Part shown: in pieces, positions 55,150-64,000 of the stretch
Numbering within the stretch: the stretch's first letter is position 1
How the letters are laid out: every line of letters begins with the position of its first letter
DNA from: the human T2T-CHM13v2.0 reference genome, Homo sapiens
Strand: one strand, 5' to 3'
DNA length: 64,000 bases
Assembly: GCF_009914755.1 (NCBI RefSeq)
Contig: NC_060931.1
The notes under the pieces: generated by a model
What the model saw: only the letters and a program-made list of their open reading frames with translations
Databases searched by the model: none
What the model was told of the DNA's origin: nothing
Program-made: the position numbers and the translations under genes

Positions 55150-56350
55150 TCAGCGAGGGCAGCTCCTCGATTCGGCCCCTTTGACTATTGTCTCCAGTCC
55201 TGAAACCCTCGCCCAGGGCCGCTCCGCCGCCGGGCTCCGGCGCTCAGCCCATGTCACCCGGGGAAAGGCCGGCGCCTCCGTCCGACCCTCTTTCCTGTCG
55301 CTGGGGGCGGTTTGTGGGCCTGGCCTTGGGATTAGGAAAATAGGGATGGTGCTATAACGGCCGAATGCAGGCCTCAGGGAATCCCGAAAGGGGGAATGTC
55401 TGGGTCGGCGGATCGGGGGGCTTGAGAGGGCCCGCTCCGTGGGACGTTCAGGCCCCGGAACCGGCCCCCGCATGGTCGCCGCTCCGGCCCGGGCGGGCGC
55501 AGCGCTGGCAGCCCCGTTTTCCGCCAGCCGGGCTGCCGGAGAGTTAGACCTCCCAGCCTCACGGGGCTGCTGTGCGGCTGCGACGACGCCGGCGACTGCG
55601 GCGCTGCAGCGGAGACGGAAGGCTCGGGAGGCGGCGCCATGTGAGTGCGCGCGGGGCCGCGCTGGGGCCGCGGCGGGAGGTTACCGTATTTACCGAGGCC
55701 AGAGCCGGACCCTCGGGGGCGGGTCACTGCGGGCGTGCTACCGTATTTGCCGGGTCCCGCGCAGGTCCTTTCCGGGAGTGGGAGCGCCGGGACTTAATTA
55801 CGTATTTATCCAGGGTTGCGTGGCTCCGCGGGGGGGCGCTGCGGCCGTGGGGGGTGGGCTGCATTCATTCCCTCTGGGAGCTGGGGCTTGCAGTCGGGCG
55901 GGGTGGGTTGCGGCAGCAGGGTGGAGGCCTACGTATTTTCGTGGGGGTGGGGTTGCGACGCAGAGTTTACCATATTTCTCCAGGGTTGCTCCGGCCGCAG
56001 AAGTTGGCAAGGTTGTGTGTAAGGTCGGGTGGGGTGGGGTCAGCTCTCCCGATTAATGCAGCTATTTGATAAGAGCAACGTCGCGGGACGCTTGCCGTCT
56101 TTATGGGGGCGGGGAGAAGGGGCGCGGGTGTCGCTGCGGGAGAGTTACCGTATTTGCGTTGAGCAGCGCAGACTGTAGAGCAAAGAGCTGCGGCCGGAGA
56201 CCGGAGGAGCAGGGGCTCAGCTGGGCTGTGAGTGTGGCATGGGAGGAAAGAACTTGGGGGAGAGACGGGGGGCCTTTCGGCGTGCAGGCGGGGCCTCAGT
56301 CAGGGGTATAGCTGGGGAGAGTGAGGAGGCTGCCCAGTCACAGGGCCGGG
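55150..56350. promoter_or_regulatory. CpG-island promoter of the third zinc-finger locus, with two candidate first-exon donors (CAT|gtgagt 55640/55641; GCT|gtgagt 56227/56228)
   Basis: CpG/GC-rich; two GTGAGT donors 1.7-2.3 kb upstream of the acceptor at 57906. Confidence 0.8.
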
Positions 56351-57934
56351 CTGAGATTGGCCAAGGGGACTCTGATGATCTGTCTTTGCAGATGTCAGTG
56401 CAGCTGCCTGTGGAAAAGACTTGTGGGTGGGGTCTCTTGCAAGTAGGACTTGTCTCCTTCCCCAGGGTCAGTTCCACCCCGGCCTCGAGGGTACGGAAGA
56501 CAGAGGAGGTGGCCCTGAGACCCCACTCTGCAGATAGGTTGACTGAGGCTGGAAGTGAAGAGAGGCCTTCGGGGAGGTCCAGTGGAATATTCAGCCGGCT
56601 TCCCTGATGGGGTTGGGGAGAATGGATGAGGCAGGCCTTAGGGCCCTGCAGGAGCCCAAGTTTTGGTGGGGGTCGTGGGAGTGGTGGCAGTAGACAGTGC
56701 ATCTACAGGAGAAGTGGCCCTTTGGAATGCATGGCTCTGTGACGGCTGGGATGGTGGCAGTGGGGGGTGTGTGTGTGTTTTGAGGAGTGTTTAGTTGTTG
56801 AGCAGCTAGTACATTGAAAAGAGCTTTCAACAGTGAGACAGGAGACTTAAGGCCTAGTCCAGGCTCACCTTGCTCTGTGACCTTGGCAAGTATGTTGACC
56901 TCACTGAGCCTCAGTTTCCCCATCTTTAAAGTGGGGCTCAATAACCCTGCTCCGCCCCTTTCTCAGGGCTGTTGTGAGGACAATGGGAAACAATTTAAGA
57001 GGAACACAGTGTCCTGGGAAGAGGATCCTTTGGAGAAGCAGCATGAAGGGAGCTGGGTTTGGGGGTGTTGGCTGGGCACTGAGGGTGCTGCTCAGCCTTG
57101 GGCCAGGCTTTGCTGTGAGGATACCAAGAGGAATCACGCTGAGACCAGTCCCCCTGGGAGCCCACACCCTGGTTCAGTGACTTGGAAACCTTTTGAACAC
57201 ATGCCTCATTTTGATAAACAAAGAGCTGCCGCCTTTAATGTTTAACCGAGGTCACTTTCAAGTTTACAGGGTTGTGTTTTTTTTCCTGTTTTAAGCTTCA
57301 CAAAAATATCTTTAAATCACTGATAATGCCACCCTTTTCTCCAAGTTTGGGGTGCACTTCCCTACCTCCCCCTGTCCTTGAGATCTGGTTGGAGGGATAA
57401 GACATATCTAGACGAAGGTAACTGAAAATCCTAGCTGAAACTGAAACTGAAAATCCTAACTGAAACTCATCACCATCTGTCTAGTGTCTTGTGTGGCTGG
57501 CTGGCATGGTGCTAGGTGCTGGGGTTGAAAGAAGGCAGCTCTGTCCTTAGGGTGCTGGGAGTCGGGGGACAGAGGTGGCATGACTGACCCTCGTGCAGTA
57601 TGATCAGTGAGAGCCACATGGTTGTGTCACACGGTGTTTAAGCCTGGGGTGGAAAGGTCAGGGAAGGCTTCTAGGAGAAGGTGCCCTTGGGAAGGGACTG
57701 GAAGGAGTGTAGGCCGTGCTTAAAAGGCAGTGGAGGAAGAAGAACACCAATTCCCAGCAGGGGAACTTGAGCTTGAACAAAACGGGGCGAAAGGTGGAGG
57801 TTGTGGGAGGTGAGTGTCCCTGCCAGGCTGGGGGTTGGCTAACCCTCGTGTTCCCCGACCCCTCTCTCTCCACCCCCCACCCCCGCCCCCGCTTCTGTCT
57901 CCCTAGGGACTGGTGATTGCAGCTGGAAGTGCCC

Positions 57935-58546
57935 ATGACCGAGCTGGCGTCCTCCGGGGGCGGGTCCCCTGCGGGGGACGGGGAGGAGGGTCTGGGGGAC
58001 GAGCGAGGCCTGGTCATCCACCACCCTGCAGAGGAGCAGCCCTACCGCTGCCCGCTGTGCGGCCAGACCTTCTCGCAGCAGCCCAGCCTGGTGCGGCACC
58101 AGAAGGCGCACGCCGGAGCGGGCCGCGCGGCTGCCTTCGTGTGTCCCGAGTGCGGCAAGGCCTTCAGCGTCAAGCACAACCTCGAGGTGCACCAGCGCAC
58201 GCACACCGGGGAGCGGCCCTTCCCCTGCCCCGAGTGCGGCCGCTGCTTCAGCCTCAAGCAGAACCTGCTCACGCACCAGCGCATCCACAGCGGCGAGAAG
58301 CCGCACCAGTGCGCGCAGTGCGGCCGCTGCTTCCGCGAGCCGCGCTTCCTGCTCAACCACCAGCGCACCCACGCGCGCATGCCCGCGCCGCACCCGCGCC
58401 GCCCCGGCGTCTTCGGGGAGCGGCGGCCCTACTTCTGCCCCCGCTGCGGCAAGAGCTTCGCGCGCGAGGGCTCGCTCAAGACCCATCAGCGCAGCCACGG
58501 CCACGGGCCCGAGGGCCAGGCGGCCCACTTAGGACGCGTGCTATGA
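57935..58546 (+). CDS. LOC728743: Intact 203-aa protein with five C2H2 fingers (locus recalled as 'zinc finger pseudogene' LOC728743; exon 57907-58811)
   Basis: ATG 57935 to TGA 58544-58546; five complete C-x2-C-x12-H-x3-H fingers with HTGERP/HSGEKP linkers; high GC3 with CpGs retained; acceptor cttctgtctccctag ends 57906. Name is from memory of synteny. Confidence 0.75.
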   Translation: MTELASSGGGSPAGDGEEGLGDERGLVIHHPAEEQPYRCPLCGQTFSQQPSLVRHQKAHAGAGRAAAFVCPECGKAFSVKHNLEVHQRTHTGERPFPCPECGRCFSLKQNLLTHQRIHSGEKPHQCAQCGRCFREPRFLLNHQRTHARMPAPHPRRPGVFGERRPYFCPRCGKSFAREGSLKTHQRSHGHGPEGQAAHLGRVL

Positions 58547-60483
58547 TGCGCCCGGGGCCTGCTGCCGACGGCTGCTTCCCGCCCCGCACGTGCGTCCCCG
58601 ACCCCTGGAGATGGCCCTGGGCCGCAGCTCCCTCTCTAGATGGGATCCCGGGAGAGGGGCAGCGCTGGCTTGGGCTCTTGAAGGTGTGGGCCGCCGCCAG
58701 GCTCCGGCCGCCCGCTCGCGTTCCTCCCTCGGGACCCTCTGGCTGGCTGCGCACAGCTGCTTCCGGCTCCTGCCATGGTTCTCCTTCTCTGGCCCATCCG
58801 GCCTAGAGCAGGTGAGACCTGCGGGGCTGGCCAGAGCCCCTCTCAGGGCTGGGAGTGGTGGGGGTGGAGTGGGTGGTGTTGATTCTTGATGGCAGGTGGG
58901 GCGGTCTGGGTACCGGGCTGTAGGTTTCTCTGTGATGAGCTGCTTACCGGATCTTCATCCCCAGAATGTCAGAGTTGAAAGAGACTTGGAGAGGCCACTT
59001 TCCACAAACCCCACGCCCAACCTCAGCCCCTAGGCCTCCTGGCTCCTGTACACACTCTCTGCTGTCCTTGAGATGTCATTTCACTTCATGTTTCAGTTTA
59101 CTCATCTGTAAGTTGGGGATATAGATGAGGGACTCTTCCTCGCTGGGATATATTGCAGCTACTGGATGAGAGAGGGTGAGGTCACTGGTGCACAGAGCCT
59201 TAGTTGATTCTGCCACACCATGTGCCACTGACTGTGCCGGGCTGGGCTCTCCCAGAGACACACATGAGGACCGCAGGCCCTGTCACGGGGTGCTCACACT
59301 CGGTGTGTGACGCGGGGCCAACCTACAAAGTGCTCTGGGGTGAGACCGAGGAGGGTGACTGGTTTCTCTTCGTCACCCAGGGGAGTTTGATGGCTTTGAA
59401 CCAGGTCATGGGGACAAATAAAATTGTTCTAGGAAGAGCAAGTGTGTAGAAGGGTGTTTTCAAGGGGGGGGGGGGTCCTGATAGTTCAGTGACTGTCTCC
59501 AGGTGTCCCAAGGGGAGGTTTGCCCTACAAAGGACTTCGTGGTCAGGGGGTGGGGACACTGAGATTTTTAATGAGATGAGTGCTATGATCTCAGACTTAT
59601 GCTTTAGGAGGAGAATCAGAGGCACTGTGAGGACAGACTGATGTGGGAAGAGCTGGAGCCTCGAGGGGCTTGGGTCATCTGGGCAAGAGAACATAAGGCC
59701 CCCAGCTAAGAGGCCTGGCCAAGGTCTGGCAGTGAGAAAGGGGGCAGCCAGGACTCTGCTCCAGGACCTCTGGTTCCAAGCTGGCGCTCTGAGGCACGGG
59801 CCTCTTCAGCCTTTTGGCAGATGAGGAAACAGGTTTGCCAAGCTTGCCTACACCACAGTTGGTACTTAGGAGTACAACGGGTGGAAGCCAGGGCTTTGTT
59901 TTGGATTCTGAATCCCAGAACCTTTTAGCTTCACTGCTTAAAAAGTGGACGATGGAGCAGGGAGGATTTGGGGCCATGTGATAGGAGCTGGGGCAGGGGT
60001 GTTAGGGGTGGTACGGGTGTTTGAAGGGGACATGGCATCCCTGGGAGTGGTTTGGGAGGAAGGGAGCTGGGGCTTCGAGGGGACCTGCACATTCAGTCCT
60101 GTGCTGGGTGCTGGAGACTCGTCCCTCCCCACTGCCCCCTCTGCCCATCCTCAGTGCTATGTGGCTATGGCTCCTCGGAGACTGTCCTCTGCCTACCACT
60201 CCCAGGTGCTGTAGACTAGCATTGGTGGCAAAGATGAAATTAAACAGGGGCTTCGGACACCTGGAGTCAGTCACCAAAATGCCCTGAACCCAAGGTGTCT
60301 CATCTGTAAATGGGATTCGTAATCCTTGCAGTGCTTGGTAGGGGACAAAGAGGATTCATTCAAACCCTAGGACAGATTCAGGGTAGGCCAGCTGATCGCT
60401 CCCTCCTAGCCCCAGAGGGGTGGCTGGGCAGGGCCATGTCACGGCTCCACACCTGATCCTGATCTCTTTGTTTCTGTCGACAG

Positions 60484-62795
60484 TTGCAGAGTGGGCAGGA
60501 TCTTAAGACCCGATAGGTGCAGAACCCATCTGGACACGGAGACCAGGAATGGAGTTCCATGGAGGCCTGGCTGGCACTGCACCCGGGCATGAGGACACAT
60601 CCAGTAAGAAGACCTGCCTCAAGAGGTGCACTGCGGTGACCAGTGGAGGTGACTGGTTGGAGCCTGGAATTGGAAGCAGATTCCAAGCTCTGGTGGACAA
60701 ACTCTCCAGGCCTGGTGGGAATCACAGCTGGGGCAGACCTCATCCTGGCTGCCTGGCCACAGGCCCCCACTCTCTGCCACTGGTGGTAGGACGATGCCTG
60801 TGTGGAGAGCTGGCTTCTCTGCTCCCGCCTGGTCCACCACTTGGCTAGAGTTCAGAGACAGGAAGTGATTGGTCTAAGCTAACACAGCAAGTTGGTGGCA
60901 GACCTGGTTCTAGAGGCAAAACCTTCTTCCAGATGTGAATGAAACCTGCAGGCTTCATTTTCCTTTCTGAGCAGTGCTTCTTAGCTCTTTGGAGACACGA
61001 AGCCCTTGGAAAATCTGATGAAGGTTACGGACCTTCCCTAGGAAAACAGATAACTGACGTAGACTCAAAAACCCCAAGCAATTTCAGGAGCCACTGGACT
61101 CCCTGAATGAAACCCATCCCTGGACTCCAGGCTAAGAACCTCAGCCCTGGGGACTTCACCTGCTGCCCTTTCCTTACCTGTCACACATTGAGCCCCGAGT
61201 CAAGGCCACTGTACAAGTAGTGCCCCTCCCTCCCCCTGGCCAAGCCTCCTTCCCTTGTTCAGGAATAAAGAATTCCGAAGAGCCCTTTTTAGTCATTCCC
61301 TTCTCCCAGACCTAACGAATGGTGCGTCAGGTTTCTGGAGCCTCATTTCCCTTCCCCAGACATTGGCAGAGGTCCCTTGGGCTAGATTTTCTCTTCTGGT
61401 TTTGTTTCTTGTTCTGCCTGACTGGCCGCTGGCTTCCACAAAGGAGCCCTTTGCTCCTGGCCTGGGCTCTGATTTCACTGTGTGGTCTCAGGGGAAGCTG
61501 GACTGCTGTGGACGCTGGTGGGAGCTTGAGTCTGGTCTGAGTCTGCCCCAGGAAGAAAGAATCCTGCTTCCACCAACCAAGCCCAGTCAGCGGTTCCTCC
61601 CAACTGGCCAAGTGTTCAGCCCAGTGGGCTGGGGAGGAAGAGGATGAGGGCCTCGCTCCTGGTGCCTGTGGCTCTGGGCAGGGTGAGAGGTCGGTGGAGG
61701 ATCTTTCTGTGTGTTCTCTGAGTATGCAGCAGTGCAGTTGAAGGGAACAGGGCCCAGGCAGGCAGCAGGACGAGGACTCCTCCCATCTTCACACCTGAAC
61801 CAGTCAGCCTGGAAGCTACAAGTTCTCACCTGCCTCCCCAGAATGAACATCAGAAAAGGCAAAACTGACCAGGGCTGGGATGGGTTTGGGTCAGCGTGGT
61901 TGGAGGGCAGCCTGTGGATCCCTGCACTGGAGTCTTGCTGTCTTCGATGCAGGTTGGATCATACATTGTTACCTCCTACTGTATGCCTCACCCTGGAATA
62001 GCAGAATGCTCAGGGGGAGATCCGAGAACGAGAAGGTGCTCCCAGCCCCAGGAGCTTCCAGTCTGGCTCTGATCCTTGGCCGACCTAGAGGAAACCTCCA
62101 CACACGCCCCTTTTGTGCTAATGGTGCAGTTTGTGTCCCCCTCTGCCCATCACTGTGCTGTGCTTGTTCCTGCCTCTGTGCCTTCCCCTATACTGCTCGG
62201 ACATGTCCCCTTTCCTCTCCTCTACCCAGCTAAGCCCTTCTGATCCACGGGGCCCGGCTTCCCAAACCACCCAGCCCACATTCCTCCTTCCTGCTCCGAA
62301 CAGGTCCCGTGTGAGCCCCTGCCCCCGAATTGCGTGCTGTCCCATGGACGCTCCAGTCTCTTCCGTGTGTGTCTTGAGTCCCTAACTAGACAGTTAGCTC
62401 CCTGAGGGCAAGGGACTGTCATTTCCTCTTGAGTCCTACCAGGGTCTAGCACAGGACTGGGCTCCTAACTCTCAGGAAACACTTGTCGGCTGACTGGTGC
62501 CTCAAGCGCTGGAGCTTGTCGGTGGCCGGTAATGGGCAGTGCACGTGGGGAGAGGGTATGTGAGTTAACTCAAGGGTGCCTTTTCTTGGGCTGTGGGCTG
62601 GCTCCCCTGGGTCAAAAGTGGATGTCGGAGGCCTCAGGCTCTTACCTCCTTGGGGCAGTGGGAGCATCAGGGACCCCCACCCCCACCCCGGCTCTGCAGG
62701 AGTGCACGGAAGTGGTCGTCCAGCCTGGATATTTCTACAGGTTGCTGACTCCTGCGGGAGCTGACTGAGTGGAATAAATGTTCTCTCAACATCAG
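60484..62795 (+). other. Probable last (3'-UTR) exon of the third ZNF locus; polyA signal AATAAA 62773-62778
   Basis: Donor CAG|gtgaga at 58811/58812; acceptor tctctttgtttctgtcgacag ends 60483; AATAAA at 62773. Confidence 0.6.
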
Positions 62796-64000
62796 CTTGT
62801 GTAAGGAGTGGTCATTTGGGGCTTAGCGGGGAGCAGGGTGGTGGCCTCTGTCTCTGCCTCCATCATCTCTTGAGGAATTATGTTTCAAGGTTGCCTGGTG
62901 ACCAAAGACCCTAGAAGACACACATCAGAGCCTCAGTGACGAGCTATTGTAGGCTTCTGGCACCTGCACAGTGACTGCCCTTTGCACCTGACTCACACAT
63001 ATAGGGGCTGCAGCCCTTGCTGCCTGCGCAGCCCACGGTGAGGCCAGACTTGCCGAGAAGCGTCGGACGGTTCCCTCAGTGCTTGAGCAGTGGACGGCTA
63101 AGAGTGCTTGAGTCGGGAGACCAGGCCCCTGTGCTGGTCTGTCTCCAGTGGGAGGTCTCGGCCAGGCACATGCCTCTCCTGAGGTTAGTCCCCTTCCCTG
63201 CTCCTCTTCCTTATGGCGTTGTGAGAAGCAAACAAGTAGATATGGAAAGGACGCGAGTGCACAGCGTGGCACAGAGACTCTACCATTGCTCTTTGGGCCT
63301 CCCCACCGAGTAGGACCTGGCTGAAGACCACCTCTCGCAGAGCGCTCTGGACAGCTGACCTTCTGTCCTGCCCGCCGCCGGGTGGCCGTGAGACCTGGGT
63401 AAGTAACTTCCTTCCTGTCAATGGAAGGCCTGGCTGGAGTGCGGTGGGCTCGCTTTGGCACCGTGACCCTGTGCTGCGTCGTCTGACTCTGACTTCTTCT
63501 ATGGCCTCTGTCAGCCAGGAGGGTCCTGCGAGTAAGGAACTTAGGGATTGCACCTTTGAAACGTGGGTGGGTGATGTTGGGAGTGAATCAGGCAGGGTTC
63601 TGTGTTCAACTCAGATTTCAAAAAAGGAAATGATGAGCTCGTGTAAGTGAAAAGTACAGTGACTCGATGGTCACACGGACCCAGCCAGGAAGAAGAAGCC
63701 GGCAGCTCAGCCTTCTGCCTGGCAGCTTCCAGTCCTTCTCTAATGGATCTGAGACAGCGGAGGGTCCTACTCTTGTTGGCCTGAATTGGGTCAGTGCCCG
63801 TTACTAGACCCGTCTCAGTGGCCAGGGGAGTGCAGGGTTCTGAAAGGCCTTGTCACACGCACACCTATGGCCAAGGGGGCTCAGCTGCACCTAGAGTCCA
63901 TGTGCTGGGAGTGGGAAGGTTTTGTTCAGCAGAGGAAAGCCAGAGATGAGAAGATGGGTGGATGGACTCCAGGCAGCAGACCCACACTCTTGCTATGGGG

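Noticed and set aside
57914-57920. Programmed read-through or selenocysteine at the in-frame TGA
   Set aside because: Context is TGA-TTG, not TGA-CTAG, and I could not identify a SECIS element.
57839-58806. 229-aa antisense and 297-aa alternative-frame ORFs over the third gene
   Set aside because: GC-rich shadow ORFs with low-complexity P/A/R content and no domain.

Overview
Primate (almost certainly human) genomic DNA. I recognise it as the 7q36.1 C2H2 zinc-finger cluster: three + strand genes in tandem, each with its own CpG-island promoter and no KRAB domain visible in the translations. REPIN1 has 567-aa and 624-aa isoforms; ZNF775 is 537 aa from 3 exons; the third locus, which I recall being annotated as the 'pseudogene' LOC728743, carries an intact 203-aa five-finger ORF. 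The first ~44 kb is dense in Alus, ERV1/MaLR LTRs and L1 remnants, and includes an RNY4 retrocopy, a truncated U6 retrocopy and two VNTRs. Main findings: (1) the third gene looks coding and heavily regulated, with an ATG split by its first intron (M-D-W-stop, in frame with the finger ORF), a 3'-UTR intron predicting NMD, a competing intronic polyA signal and six copies of TAC(C)GTATTT in its CpG island; (2) all three genes have uORFs that depend on splicing, including a double TGATG stop-start chain in ZNF775; (3) REPIN1 exon 2 begins with a recursive-splice-like AG|GTAAG; (4) ZNF775 is an internal triplication of one 3-finger recognition module. Gene and repeat names are from memory, repeat boundaries are approximate, and no searches were run.
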